Positions 26,100-40,640 of a DNA stretch of 64,000 bases are shown piece after piece. The stretch spans positions 76,446,001-76,510,000 of the forward strand of contig NC_043003.1 in NCBI RefSeq assembly GCF_006345805.1, written 5' to 3'. The notes under the pieces were generated by a model that saw only the letters and a program-made list of their open reading frames with translations, was not told the DNA's origin and made no database searches. The translations under genes and the position numbers were made by a program. The DNA comes from Octopus sinensis. Taxonomy: Eukaryota. Position 1 is the stretch's first letter, and every line of letters starts with the position of its first letter.

Positions 26100-26535
26100 T
26101 TACATTTCTAAATACCTCAGAGAGATATAAGCAGTAGTGGTACGATAGAGTAGTTGTATACTGTCAACTTAATGTGATAGCCCCATGAAGGGAATCACAC
26201 CACTGCTATTTACCCCTAGGAAACATCAACTCTTACTCTCGGCTTTGACACATTTCATGCGTCCTTATGTCTACAAGGGAGAGACAAGCACCTCCACCCA
26301 ACTAAGCCTGCAACCAGAGACTAGTTTCTCAGTCTTTGCTCGTCATATGTCTGGAGTAGCATGGCCTACCAGTTGGAGATGCCTGTCTAGCACTTGCAAA
26401 CATATAAGAATTCTAGTGAAATAAATCCACTGATTACAAAAATAGTAACATTACATTTATAAATATCTCAGAGATATATAACCAGTAGTGGTACGATAGA
26501 GTAGTTGTATACTGTCAACTTAATGAAGGGAATCA
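26100..26535 (-). mobile_element. Non-coding element with terminal direct repeats and HHR relic
   Basis: Repeats 26100-26197 and 26451-26535 (unit 351 bp), (TA)n upstream; HHR relic at 26314-26354. Confidence 0.7.
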
Positions 26536-26789
26536 TAAGTTGTATACTACCTATTGGCAGTATTTAGGTAGTAATTTTTCATTGTTTTGTAAATGGACGC
26601 TCTTTTAATATACTTGCATTTCATCTTATACCTCCATTTTATGTTTTCCACTATTGACGTTCGAGCTTCTTTCATGCTGTATACCTTTTGAGCGTTCTTC
26701 CCTCATGCAGGTTAAACGTATACTTACGCATACACATTGTGGGACTATAGGATACAATGATACCAAATCAATGTAAAACATTATTTCAC

Positions 26790-27115
26790 GGTGGCCATGC
26801 TGAGGCACCGCCTTAAAGGGTTTAAATCGATCAAGTCGACCCCACACTTATCTTTAAAGCCTAGTACTTATTCTATCGTTCTTTTAACCGAATCGGTTAG
26901 TTACGGAGACGTAAACACACCAGCACCGGATACAAAGACAGACGCCCATATGCAAGTTTGTGTTTACGAAGGGCTTGTTTCAGTTTCCGTCTATCAAATC
27001 CACTCACAAGGTCTTGGTCGGACCGATGCTATAGTAGAAGACTCTTGCTCAATGTACCACGCAGTGGTACTGAACCCGGAACTGTGTGGTTGGGAAACAA
27101 GCTTCTTACCAGCAA
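26790..27115 (-). mobile_element. SINE family B
   Basis: GGCCATGCTGAGGCACCGCCTT..GACGTAAACACACCAGCACCGG..GAACCCGGAACTGTGTGGTTGGGAAACAAGC. Confidence 0.8.
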
Positions 27116-27589
27116 GTGAATGGATGGAGTTAGTGGTATGACATTTATTCTTTGGTTTTAGTTATTTCAATAACATATGAGTGAAATAAATCATTCAACA
27201 ATTTGGAAAACATTAGTAAGAATGGTAATTGTACAAAATTGATTTTATAATATTCATTATATTAAGTAAAAACCATTGTCATTCCGACAAGGCCTAAATG
27301 AATAAATAATTAGAAAAACATAGATGAGTTCAGCTATAGGTAGAGATTATTTAGTCACATTTATTATTTGTTTTAGTGTACCAACTGACATGACAATTTT
27401 AGAGTTTGGATTTATTTATTAGTCATTATATTGAGAGAGATGTCTGGTTGAGAAGGCAAAACATGACTAAATCTGAGTTTTGTAGTCCAGTATGTCATAA
27501 GTAAAGTAGAGCTTCAAAGTATCAGAGCGAGAAAAAAGAAGTACGGAATAAGAAACAGAAGAAAATAGGAAAGAAAGAACTAAACACAC

Positions 27590-27666
27590 ACATGCATATA
27601 TACATACACACACATACATACATGCATACATACATACATACGTACGTACATACATACATACATACA

Positions 27667-27697
<31 letters not shown>
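27590..27697. repeat. (TACA)n microsatellite
   Basis: Direct reading. Confidence 0.95.
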
Positions 27698-27699
<2 letters not shown>

Positions 27700-28286
27700 G
27701 AAGTTCAACGCAGATGTTACTCCAATTCTTTTACTTCCGACACATGTTTCGAAGATATAATTGGTATTATTCTAAAGGAATAAAATGGTATAAAACAATG
27801 TAATCTTCTCTTTAGAGAAATGAAGAAATAAAACTCGTCATTAAGACATTTTAACAGAATAAGATGGGTATGTAAAGTGATGAACTGAACGCTATTAAGT
27901 ACCGATGTCTTTTTTTATATAGGTAGCTCTTCTTCTCAATTATCTAAAATACTTTCTATTCATTACTCTACAGTTACGGATAGGATTAAACGTAACAGTA
28001 CAGAGATTAGTAAATTAATTTGGTATCTAAATGACCATAATGAACAACTTAATTTAGATTGGTTGATTCTCCCAATTTCGTTCCCTAATGATAAAGACAA
28101 AGAAGTCTCTCTTCTTTCTAATTCTGAACTATTTTTTATTCTTTTTTTCTAAACATCCCCTTGTAAACAAGATTATAGAACTTGCTTACCGATGTAACCG
28201 TTGGCAGAAACACACCTTTAGTCCATATAAGTGATATCTATAATTATATATAATTTAAACATTGATTTTCTTCTTTTCACTTGGTA

Positions 28287-28418
28287 TTAATCTTTTGATC
28301 CCCAAATAATGAAAGTCAAAGTCGACCTCGGTGGAATTTGGACTCTGAACGTGAGACGAACGAAATGCCACTAAGCATTTTTCCCGGTATGCTAATAATT
28401 ATGCCAGCTCGCCTCCTT
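28287..28418 (-). mobile_element. SINE family A, 5' part
   Basis: AAAGTCGACCTCGGTGGAATTTGGACTCTGAACG..GCCAGCTCGCCTCCTT. Confidence 0.75.
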
Positions 28419-30294
28419 CTTCCTGCGTAATAATTTAAACAAATATTATATTACAATATTACACCGAGAGATAGCTTATAAGTATACTGTTCGAATATTT
28501 TCAGTACTATGTTAAATATTATGTCCATCCCATTATCCATGTTCTCGCCTCTAGCATTTTACAACTGAGATCGTTAAAATTAGCAAGTACATCACAGATA
28601 AAATCATCATAATCTTCAACAAACAAATCAATAAACCTGCTTATTTTGAATAACACTACACATCTTATTAAAGAGTTACTGCATCAGCAAAAGATATTCT
28701 GCGTAATTAAGACCCCACTTTTGCAATCACTTACCTCCATGCACACAAAAGTGACGCATCACCGATGAGAAATCCAGATCATAGTGCAGATAAGACTTTT
28801 ACTCTTTGTCAAGATTTTGTGAGTAAAAAAGATTAACACATATAGTTCAACGTGGTTAGCAAATATTCAGCTGAAATCTATGGAATTATAGTCTTCTACA
28901 AATTACACACACGATACACACATTATCTTTCAACGAAAAAGAAAACATTTCTCTACAGCAACTTTCAAAAATTGTTCTTATCAGTATTGATATAATAAAC
29001 ATCAATGATATTAACTTATTGAATTTTATGTTTTTTCATATGACGCAAGTTATCGACAAAGCCACTACTCAGAATCTCGATGGAAAAAATCGATGCGCTT
29101 TGAAAACACACTGGCGTATTATTAAATAACATCAAAATAAGATTGCTAACATACTGTGCTCGCAGCATCGCATTTCTGAAAATATCAGGCATGTCTATAA
29201 TTATATAGACATCTCTAATTATATAAAGATAAATCATGAATATCATGCGTCAGTTTAAATATAAATGATTTGTTTCTGATGCCCTTTGATCTAAGTAGGT
29301 TGCTTCAAGTTCCACAAATAATATTTAAGCAATTAAATGAACAAATACTGTAAAAGAATCTAAGTGCAGAAATAAAATGAGGTGAAAAATCTACTAACAG
29401 TACTGTTTCACGAAATAAAAAGGACAAGGTCAAAAACAGTTAAGTAAAATAAACTCATAACCATGACAGTACTTTGAAGACTTTCTCTTCAGAAAGTCGT
29501 GGTTCCCAGCTCCATCCTACTTAATTGCAATATGCTTGCGTATCTTCTGCAATAACATCCTATCGACCCAATGAATGCGGCTGAAATTGCATAAGCAGAA
29601 ACTATGCGGAAAATTGTGTTTGTATTCATCTGGTAGGTCTATTTCACTGCAAGGAGTTAAAATTTCCAGCTATCGGACGGAGGCCATTAGCGAGTCCCCT
29701 ATATTACCAGCATTTGGGCAAAAACATTGGTGCAAGGAAAATACTTGATTTATACTTTTTCTAGCCTTTCACCGCTAGAAAAAAAAACTGATGTACGCTG
29801 CTGCTGTTGTCTCTGACAAAACCATATTATTCGAAATACTGGTGATTGTTAAGGAAAAAAAATCATCCCAGTAGGTAAATATTTTGAAGAAGTGTACGGC
29901 TCTGTATTACGATAAAATTTCCTTTATCCTATGTATTAGTATGCTGCATATATGGAACTGTGGAGAGAGAGAGAGAGAGAACCCAGAAGTAAATAAAGTA
30001 GTGTTTACTAGTGCTACTTAGCCCCAGTTTAGGACTTACTAAAGAGACCTATGTCATTACAAGTACCAGACATATCTATCCTGATTTATTCTGGGTATAG
30101 TACGTATTCAAACATCATAAAATATTTCGTTTAGTGGGTGATTTGAGAGGTATGTATTAGTGTTGGCTAGAGACTCCTAGATTATTAACATTGATAATAC
30201 AACTGATATTAAGACAGTATCAGAAGAGATAGATGCGCTGACCAGCTTTCAAGAGAATCGAACTGTTTTACAACTTTATCTTTTATGTGTTACA

Positions 30295-30480
30295 TGTTTC
30301 AGTCATGAGACATCGGCCATGCTGAAGCACCGCCTTGGAGAGATTTTAGTCGAATGAAACGATCCCAATATTCATTTTTTAAACCTGGTATTTATTTTAT
30401 CGATCTCTTTTGTCGAGACGCTAATCTACAAGTACGTAAACACACCAGCACCGGTTGTTAAGCGGTGATGGAGGACAAAC
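30295..30480 (-). mobile_element. SINE family B, 3' half
   Basis: GGCCATGCTGAAGCACCGCCTT..GTAAACACACCAGCACCGGTTGTTAAGCGGTGATGG. Confidence 0.75.
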
Positions 30481-31540
30481 GAAAATACTTACTACAGACA
30501 ATTAGTCGTTTTTTTTTTTCTGTAAATTCAACTCAGTGTCAATGCTTTAGATCCCAGCATTTGTTTCTTTTTCAATTGGTGAAGATTTAATTAAATCATT
30601 GACATATTTCAAGAATCGTATGCAAGACCAGTATTCAATAACTATGCTCATTCCATGAATCCCAATATTTTTTCATACATCTGCTGTCTCACAATATTTT
30701 CTCTTCTCAAATAAGTATATAATGTGCCAATTCCACACAAAAAAAGAGATAAATCTTTCCATATATTATTGATTTTCGCATATAGAACAAAGTCTAAAAA
30801 AAATTATTAAGGAGTCATATAGGATCGATTCAATTATTGATCGTAGTATATTTCTGATCTCATATTTTAGCGAAGCTAACGGATAAAGAGCAATATTAAC
30901 GTTAGTTGAAGACAACGGTAAGAAATGCAACATGCTTATGTAATACACAAAAGAGGTGTATGAATCTATGTACCTGTGTGTGTTTGTGTCTATGTCTTGC
31001 GTGAAATCGTGTGTAAATGTGTTGTATGCGTATATATAATAGTATGAAGCATAGATAGACCAGCGAATATAATGATGAAAAGAACAAAAGCAGGCACATA
31101 TCTCTCTTCATCACATACTGTCTGATGTTCTAGAAGACCTAGGTACGTTTAGTTGACTCAGTTTGCTCGATGATTCAAAGAAATCTACAACTAGACAATC
31201 GTAAATTAAAACCACGGCGATAAGAAAAGATTTAGGTCCGCTAGACTTGAGCGTGTATGTGTTTTATATATCACAAGACAAGATATCAAGAAGCTTACGA
31301 AATTATCTCCAAAATATTACGCATGGAGTCATTTATGTCTATCGACATGGAAAGTCTGGGCAAATTAATAAGTTGATTCGTTTAATATTACACACACTCA
31401 TATGCGAAGGAACAATATTTTTTACAGTCTACCAAACCAATGAGACCTCATAAACTTGATAAATTCCAAAATCTACTTCTTCTGCCATATCTAATTTCCT
31501 CCGTAATTATAAAATTCAACTAAAGGATATTTATTTCTTT

Positions 31541-31898
31541 ATTGCTCACAGGGAGGGGGTGAACATAGAGGGGACAAACAAAGGGATTGATCCCAGTGAG
31601 TCACTGGTAGCTATTTGAGCTTAGAACGTAAAGACAGATGAAATACCTATTTCTTTACTACCCACAAGGGGCTAAACACAGAAAGGACAAACAAGGACAG
31701 ACAAAGGGATTAAGTCAATTATATCGACCCCAGTGCGTAACTGGTACTTATTTAATCGACCTCGAAAGGATGAAAGGCAAAGTCGACCTCATCTGCCGCT
31801 ACGTTCTGAGTTTAAATGAACTCAGAACTTAGCGGCAGACCAAATACCGCAAAGCATTTCGCCCGGCGTGCTAAAGTTTCTGCCAGCTTGCCGCCTTC
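31541..31898 (-). mobile_element. SINE family A, partial concatemer with internal inversion
   Basis: Family A head at 31898; junction GAAATACC|TATTTCTTTAC; hairpin at 31792-31839. Confidence 0.8.
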
Positions 31899-32269
31899 AA
31901 GACATCACTTCTATCAAATATATGACAAAATATAATTAAATAAATCAAATAGAAACTGTATGTTTACACACTTGAAATTTATGTGTCAAATGCATTCATT
32001 ATATATAACCAATCTTTAGTCCAAGAAGTCAAAGGATGTGTCAAAGAAATCAAACCCGATGAGGACTTGAACTCTTCACTCTCCGCTATCAACTGTTTGC
32101 CTTGCAGAAAGTATTGCGTTCTCTCTTTCAGTAGTTGTACCGAAGATATTACAGTTAAACATTGGCCACCTACACCCTCTACCTCTCTTTCTCTCTCTCC
32201 CTATCTCCCTCTCTCACTCTCTTTCTGTCTCTCAAACTACCTCTCCATATATATGTGTATATATATATA

Positions 32270-32345
32270 TACATACATACATACATACATACATACATAC
32301 ATACATACATAAATACATACATACATACATACATACATACATCCA
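32270..32345. repeat. (TACA)n microsatellite
   Basis: Direct reading. Confidence 0.95.
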
Positions 32346-32709
32346 TACATATATGTGTGTGTGTGTATGTATAAGTACTTTGGAAAAGAATCAGTGAAGT
32401 CATTCACTTAGCCGAATTAGTATCATATATTCTAGATTCTACCATAATATATTTGCTTTCACTACTTTGTGCAATTGAATAGTGTTTTGACGTTTACTCA
32501 TAGACTGTCAAACAGAGCAGTAGCTGCACATTATGGCTGTTTAATAACAACAACAACAGCAGCAGCAGCAGTATCAGCAATAATAATAATTGAAAATAAA
32601 CGCAACAACATCTATTTGATTTGAAACATAAATAAATAGGATTGAAATCGAACGAAATGGGTTTATATAAAATATATTCATTGGATCAAAAAGAAATAAA
32701 TCTGATTAG

Positions 32710-32734
32710 GAAATATATATATGTATGTGTATAT

Positions 32735-32780
<46 letters not shown>

Positions 32781-32840
32781 TGTGTATATGCATATATATA
32801 GATATATATCTATATCTGTGCGTGTATGTACGTGTATATG

Positions 32841-32871
<31 letters not shown>

Positions 32872-32990
32872 AATATATTTATATACATATATAATATATA
32901 TATATATACATACATATATAGATGTATATATATATATATATATGCATATATACATATATGCATGCATGTATGTATAAATAAATAGCAGTA
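32710..32990. repeat. Degenerate (TA)n field
   Basis: Direct reading. Confidence 0.9.
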
Positions 32991-35419
32991 AAAATTGAAT
33001 ACATGTGACGAAAATATGAATGGATATAATAGAATTGTAAATAAATTTGATTGAAATGTAAATATATTTGATCATACAGACGAATGAATTTTGATTTAAA
33101 AGCAAATAAATATAGGTTAAAGGTCAATCAATGTGATTAGAAACGGAATACATTTGGAAGAAGATGAGAGATAGGGAGAAAAAAGTTTGGAAATAGAGGT
33201 AGTGAAAAAAAAAGGAAAAGAGTTTTAAAATCAATATGAAATACATATATGACTGAAAAATAAGTAGAGAAGCACGGTTTTAAAATATATAAAAATATAT
33301 ATAAAAGGATGTAATGTAAATACGTTTTATAGAAATCTAACTAAATTTGATTACAAATTCATAATAAACTCAGTTGAAATGGAAATAAATATAAATGAGA
33401 TTACAATCTATAATTGTGTGTATGCTTCGAAAATCAAACAATAATAATGGTAAACTAAACCCATATGTGAAATGGCAATATAAATTTAATAATTTGATAA
33501 GTGCAATTGTTATGAAATACAATCAAACTGTCTAAGTGGTTGAAGTGGATAAGGTATTTGATTGTTCAGGCTCATGAGTCATCAATTCATCTCTACTGCC
33601 GGCGCTTTATTAACCACTTTGTAATATGATTCGTTTGCATGTTCAGGGAGACAGCTCAATGCACTCGGAGGCAAAACGTAATGAGTCTACCTACCATCCA
33701 CCACCATCTCCCGAAGCAAAGATCCTATTGTCTTAAATACAGGGTTTCGCAGCTTGGTAACGATGGGTTCTTACCATTATACTTTTCCCATTCAGCAGGA
33801 TGTTCTTCAAATCAAATTTCTCATCACTCACGCTGTAGTTCTTTCATATCGACTTGTCCTTAATCCAGAACATTGGTAAAATGTTTTCCAAATATCAACT
33901 GCTCGTCTTGTTTTTCACACACACCTGATCTATGAACACGTTATTCAAAGTTTTATCACATCATTAAATTTTATGCATGATATGGTTGACGTTTTTAGCA
34001 GATCGAAATATTAGTTAGACTCTTTCTTGTTAATTACAACCCCTTTCCATTTGTCAGATATGTATTACATCTGTTGATTTTAGTACAAAATATCCGTTCC
34101 CATGAAAGCACAAAACTAGACGTTAAGGTGTGTTGGGTAAACGACTTTTAGATCATGGGTTCGATTTTCGGATGGAGCATTGCATTGTGTTGTGGAGCAA
34201 AGCACTTCCTATCACTTGGCTCCAATCTCTCAGATGAAAGTGAGTACTATAAGTAGAAGGGGATTAGCGCTGACATGGGTGTGCATCGACGTTCAGGGGA
34301 CAATTTTCTACTCTTAGTCGCTTAAATATCAAGAAAACTACGATAATAACCGACTTAAGGGTCTGTTTGCTCGGAATTAACGTTAACTCTCACCTTCACT
34401 TTATTTAATACAACCTCGTATGCAGTCTCTCATCATATTCAGTAAAATAATTATCTCTGCGGCAAGAAAGCTGATCTGCATAGTTCTTCACCTTCAATAC
34501 AACGTCCAAATTTGCAATAATGAATAATGTTCAATACTGGCTCTCAGGTTAGTCAGTATATTAACCACCTACCCAGCCGGTATTCTCATATATTTGCTCA
34601 GGCCACGCAATTTAGCAACTGAAATCAACGAAGCAGATAGTTGTGTTAATAGAAGAAACTTATGAACTAACGATGGATAAAATAAAAATAAAAAAATATT
34701 AGCATACCAGCTAAATCTTGCTGTAAAACATGCAACTAGCTTAATATTGGCAAACAAAATTTTAAAGAAATTAAAACAAAATACCGCGACGGAATGGTAA
34801 ATTTTCCGAGGGAAAATCAACAAACTAATAATCATCATTTCCTGGTATGAACACCTGCAGTTCTCGGGAATTAGAGATTGCGTGCCCTTCAAGAACAATA
34901 ATATCCTTCCAACATTTTATCTAACATAGTTTGTTTAGATGAGGCAGTGTGAATGCACGTGAAATGGTTTCGCATTTCGCGCAAGGTTACCCACTCACCG
35001 AATTGAAGCCATTAGGCAAAGATGTGTTGACCACCAGTGAGACAAAGACACCGAATTTTGTGCCCATACTTGGTAGGTTTGGCGTGTAATTTCTTTCAGT
35101 CGAATGAAATGCGTTGGAGGATTATGTTGTTTTGGAATGTAGTACGGATTACTGGATCATGTAGTACGGATTACTTTGCTAGACTCCCAAAGTATGTTAT
35201 TGGTGATGGTCTTCACTAGCAACGGATGTAATACATCCGGCCATCTGGCGTGGGAGACCAGATATGTTAAGAAGTCAAAAGTCTTTCCTGTAAACGATGT
35301 ACTCAATATTCAGCTTGTGGGAATTTTAAATGTCATAATGAATGCACGCTATGAATCTGTGGTGTTAGTTTATAGTTGAGATGAATGCAAAAGTCTCGAG
35401 TACTACACAGACGTTTTCA

Positions 35420-35680
35420 AATATCTCACAAGCACCAACTAGATTTCTCAGACGTGCTAGTGTAGATAGATAAAATATATTGGATCATCAAGATCGTAAT
35501 TAGATAGGATATGCTGTAAAATATAGTCCAGAATCTAAGATCGTCAGCTGCAAAAACCCGAAATTTGTTATCTGTGCGGTTGTCCAGGATAGGTTTCATA
35601 AGTAAAGACCGAATTATTGTAAGATAAATGCGTTTTCCATGCACCCACATGTTTCAAAGTCCACTTTAGGGGCTATTGAC
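35420..35680 (-). mobile_element. Decayed non-LTR RT fragment
   Basis: LLMKPILDNRTDNKFRVFAADDLRFW resembles the FADD catalytic region; clade uncertain. Confidence 0.4.
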
Positions 35681-35789
35681 AGGACAGTTTTCAGCGGCAA
35701 AGGAAAAGAGTGTTTAGAACAAAATATCAACAGAGAGTATAAGATAAGAGGGAAATGTACAGAGAAACTTAGAAGATGCACTCAGGAAA

Positions 35790-36760
35790 CGTATGGCGAC
35801 TGACGTGCTTGTGGCAAGATTGATCTTGGACCAGTTTTTCAACCAGATGTACGAATGCTGCGTTGACAGTGATAAGATACGTACTCTACAGTTCGGAGAA
35901 ATGAAAGCAGATGTGCATGTCTATTTAATCAGCGTTTTGCTCGGTTGTAGATCATGTGTGACTGGTTGGATCGCAAACTGGTGTACCTCAACGATAAAAA
36001 CTAACAGCCACTGAAATACAGGAAGCAATAACATTCCTCACTTCAATAGCTAGTTATTGGTCTTTCATGTTCATTGCTATATTATCTGGTTCAAATATAT
36101 TCTACTCTACGAGCTTTTCGTTTATGTGCTGGAATTGTTTCATGATCACTTTGAAGATATCTAGCAGCAGAACGGAAGATTTGTTCTGTCCATAATGAGG
36201 GTGTGTAAGAAAATTATCACAGGTACTGCCTTGATCAACTTAGATGAATCGAATATTTATGATTTGAATGGCCACCAACAATTGGCTGTTCACTTATCAG
36301 CCGGTTGCAGTCTTATATCAAGGCATTGCTCGGCCGCAATGTACAGCGATGTCTGATCGGCGGATGGGCACCTATCAGAATCATTCAGTGTCTTGCACTC
36401 AGACCCTCAAAGTTGTTCCGTCCCGTCTCTTCTGTACGTAGTGACTTAGTAATCAGTAATGTAGGCACTTGATACAGGAACAATGAACCCACCTGAACTA
36501 GAATGCGGATAAACTTCGCGGCACATATGGATAATGCCATCGTAATAATATCCGACATCAAATATATCGAGGTGATTGGTACAACTCTAAAATATTATGG
36601 AACGGTAAAATCAACCAAAATCAACTAGAAAAAAACGGTGAGCCTGCAGCTTGGTACCTGAATAAGAAGATTGGACGGATGGAAAAGCTAAATTTCTTGA
36701 GTTCTTGTCTAGTCCATTCCATCATTTGGGGAAGAATTAGGACATGATGGTAAGCAGAGT
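35790..36760 (+). mobile_element. Tx1/L1-type LINE RT, decayed
   Basis: ALINLDESNIYD (cf. LDQSKAFD), HLSESFSVLHSDPQSCSVPSLLYV (cf. VRQGCPLSPLLYV), AHMDNAIVIISDIKYIEVIGTTLKYY..KIN. Confidence 0.7.
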
Positions 36761-37979
36761 TGAATTTCATGTAAATGTACAAAGTGTAACACATTTAAAG
36801 TCCAAATTAAGAAAATGGTATACTCGAATATTTATGTGACTTAGGTACTATTTTTGGTTACATGTATAATTTGATACTCAGAATTAGCGTGTAAAGCTCT
36901 GAAATATTACAAAATCTTCCAAGTCACATATTTATGTGATAAAGCTTTCCCCCAAGTGTTTAAGTCAGCCATTTATTTAATTGAATATTTAATTAAATGT
37001 ATGCTTCAATTCGAAGCTGGAGCTTATAAAGCGAGTTTGCTGTTACTAAGAAAATCAGCTTAAGTAAACTGACCTTTGAGAACAGAAGTCTTGGAGACAA
37101 TTCACTCAACTAAAAGGGGTCATTGGTAGAGAAAATGTTAGGAACCTTTGGACTAACTCCTCCACCACAACATCAAATTGCTGATGGTGTGTCTAGATTA
37201 GTAGCAATTATCTTTCTTACAGAAGTTTGTGGTGTCTTTTTTGTTGAGAACAATGCCAACCCATATTAAGCCAACATGTGAACGGAATTATTAAAGCCGT
37301 GGTCATTCATAATTTCATTGAGAAATAGTCCATATAGCATAAAAGGTACCGAACGTTTCCATTTTTAAGTAAAATATAGCTACCATTTCTAGCAAGCTAA
37401 GTATCTATGAAATATCTCCCACAGTAACTTCTATTATTGACTGCTTAACGCTGTTCCTTTGCCTTTTACCTGTTATACATTCAAATCCCACAGCAGATAT
37501 TTTAGAACTTCATCATTTCCTATTCATTGAAAAATGTATGCGGAGTACACTGAAGTCTGTTCAAACATTTATGTATTTCACCAGCAAATTTAAAATTGAC
37601 CTCTAGTTTCTTTTCTTTCCTTTCTGTTTCTTTTTTTTTTAAATAAATATTTCAACAATTATTGAAAGATGAGAAGTATTTAGATAACTACATGAAACTG
37701 CATCTTTAATGTTCTTACAAAATGTTCATATCATTTTTCTATAAAAATTCTTTAGAAATATATTTACATGACAACAAGTACTATCTATCGTATAAAATGG
37801 AAAGAAGATGTTTTTCAATATATATTATATAATAGTTTAACATATAAAAGAAATTCCAACATTTCCGTAAATATATAGCTCATTCTTTCAGAATTTAAAT
37901 ACACATACCTAAATAATATAAATGAAAACCTGCTTTTCTGGCGCTAAAGTTATGAGACACATACATATTTCTTCGTGGT

Positions 37980-38480
37980 ATACTTGGGCATTTTCTACCT
38001 GAAAAGCATGATCACAAGGTGACCTAAGGCCATGGCCCATAATGCTTGACATCTCAGAACTCGGAATAATCAAGCGCAGCATATTTGACTTCACAAGTAT
38101 TGAGTTAACTTTGTCATCTAAAATATTTTGTCTGTACGTGTACTGGCGATAAACTTTTATCTGAGAGAGTTTAATACTAAAATGTGTTGGGATTAACGGT
38201 AAATCTTGCCACTCACAATATGTAAACATCTCTCATGGCCTCAGCAAACTAAATGGGAAAAACGTTTCCCTGGATGGTAGCGAGGGATATGCCCTGGATC
38301 AATCACGCTGACTCACGGGGCTTGCACTTGCGTTGAGTCTACACGAATTACATGTTACAATAGGATTGGTACTGGCATCAATTTGAGATAACATTGAAGT
38401 GAAGTATGAAATAAATCTCCGCTTAAAATTTGAATAATTCATTTGCCAATCATTATACGTTCCTCTCATGGATATGGAGA
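37980..38480 (+). mobile_element. CR1-like RT, heavily decayed
   Basis: Across frameshifts: LLSER / CVGINGKS / GICPGSI (cf. GVPQGS) / F(A)DNIEV. Confidence 0.45.
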
Positions 38481-40379
38481 TATCATCACCTATCAATCAA
38501 CTTGTAGAAGGCACTGGATATCATAAGGATATGAAAACTTCTATAGCCGATTGACACATAGGGCATAGAAAATTTGCATTGGTGCAGTCACGTCGCCCGA
38601 CTGAATGTATAGATTATAGTAAGCGTTTAAGTAAGAATAAGCGCCAATGAAACACGCATGCATAACAGCCAAATTCGGAACCTCTTTATAGTTGCTGGAA
38701 TTGCTGAAGCCATATTTACATTGGCCCACAATCAATCGCCTAAACAACTAACAGAAGGCATAACACTGCTGAAAGAAAAAAAAATCAACTTAGCACGGTC
38801 TTGATTTCGATGTCCTGATTCCTGATTCCAGCACTCAGCTCTCGCATTAGTGACATGGATTACGCAAAAAGAACCCAAGTCTTTTCTATTGCGGTATCGG
38901 TGCTTACAGCTAAATGCTAGGGAATCCTTGTGATATACACAGTTAATGAGACGTAGAATGTAAACGAGTCAATACACTTTGACTCGAATAGGAAGTCACC
39001 CCTACCTCAATGCATCATTAGATATCCTATGACAAAGTTATCAGTAGCTATGATATAAGTTTTCGAACACGAATAAAAGTTGTGTGAACACAGCGAACAA
39101 ATCTATGATAAAAAGAGTCATGCAAATGTATATATTTTTTTTTACCTTTTCTTAGTTTAATATAAAAGACACTCCATGTTATTATAGTTTGAACATCCCC
39201 ATTTTATACGACGTTGTGTGGACTTATCGATTACTAAATAAGGACCCTCTCGAATATCAGACGTTATAGAAGAGCATGCACAATAAAATCGGTCTGTCTT
39301 TGTTTCCAGGAAAATGCACAGAATAGCGAAGCACATCACAGAAGAGAAACAGCAGAGTGCAGTGGTTCCTAAGGCTGTAATATAATGTACATTATCTATA
39401 ATCTACGTGATTCATTCATTCGCCTTGGAACGCTTCCTTTTTATCCCTCATACAGAAGCAAAAATACATATACACATAGGTATATATGTAAGTATACACA
39501 TATAATGTATATGCATACGTCTTTCTCTGTCTCTTTCTGTAAGCTATATATATATATATATACACATATGTTCACGTATATGTGTGCGTGAGTGTGTGTG
39601 TGCGTGTGCGTGTGCGTGTGTACCTGTGCGCGTATATGTGTATGTTCTTGAAATTTCCTGTTTAATGATGTTATCTATTTTGATAGAGGTAGTATTATCT
39701 CTATCCAAGGTATCACAGGGGGAGATCTTCTGAGGATTATGTCACCAACGTTATCTCTTTGATACACATGCATGCATAAAGATAGATATGCGCACATCAA
39801 TGTGTGTGTATGTGCGTGTGTGTGTGTGTGTGTGTGCCCGTATGTCTCTACGTGTGCTACTTTGATATATAGCCTTATCTGTTTAAATGTATGTATGTAT
39901 ATATGTATATATATATACATCATATATCATATAATATATATGTATCCATATATATATATATATATGTATGTATATTCATATACGCATTCTTTTGCGCATG
40001 TGTGTGTTTGTGTTATCAGTGATGAAAGGAAATATAACCAGGAGTGATAAAAAGAACAACAAGTTGATAAGCTTTTCTTTCTTGACCAAATGTCCATTTA
40101 TTTTTCTTTCCTGTTCAATAAAATTTTCATTTATATATCCTGATTCACATCGATTTAAAAGCTATCAGAATATTATGTGTAATTGATTTACAGTTTCCCC
40201 GAGGATGCCGATTAATTCTTTTCAAAACCATTTATTTCTCTTTTATATCTGATCTTTTATTGTTGTATGATATTTTCGTTTTAGTGACTATGTTTCTAAG
40301 TTACCCATGGCATTAAGTGATAAATGTGTAGGCACACATACACACATATAGATATAAATGAATATGTATGCATTACATA

Positions 40380-40405
40380 CAGTTATATATACACATACAT
40401 ATATA

Positions 40406-40463
<58 letters not shown>

Positions 40464-40515
40464 TATATATATATATATATATGCACATATATATGTGCGC
40501 GTGTATATGTGTGCG

Positions 40516-40551
<36 letters not shown>

Positions 40552-40640
40552 ATATGCATATATATATATATGCATATATATATATATATATATACACATA
40601 TATATATATATGCACATACACACATACATACATATATAAA
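40380..40640. repeat. Degenerate (TA)n/(TATG) field
   Basis: Direct reading. Confidence 0.9.

Noticed and set aside
31983-32312. 109 aa plus-strand ORF
   Set aside because: The second half is microsatellite; the first half has no identifiable homology.
37909-38496. Two phase-compatible minus-strand open frames resembling spliced exons (38317-38489 and from 38160)
   Set aside because: The plus strand carries decayed RT motifs across the same span, so the frames are more simply antisense to a LINE relic; no recognisable protein.
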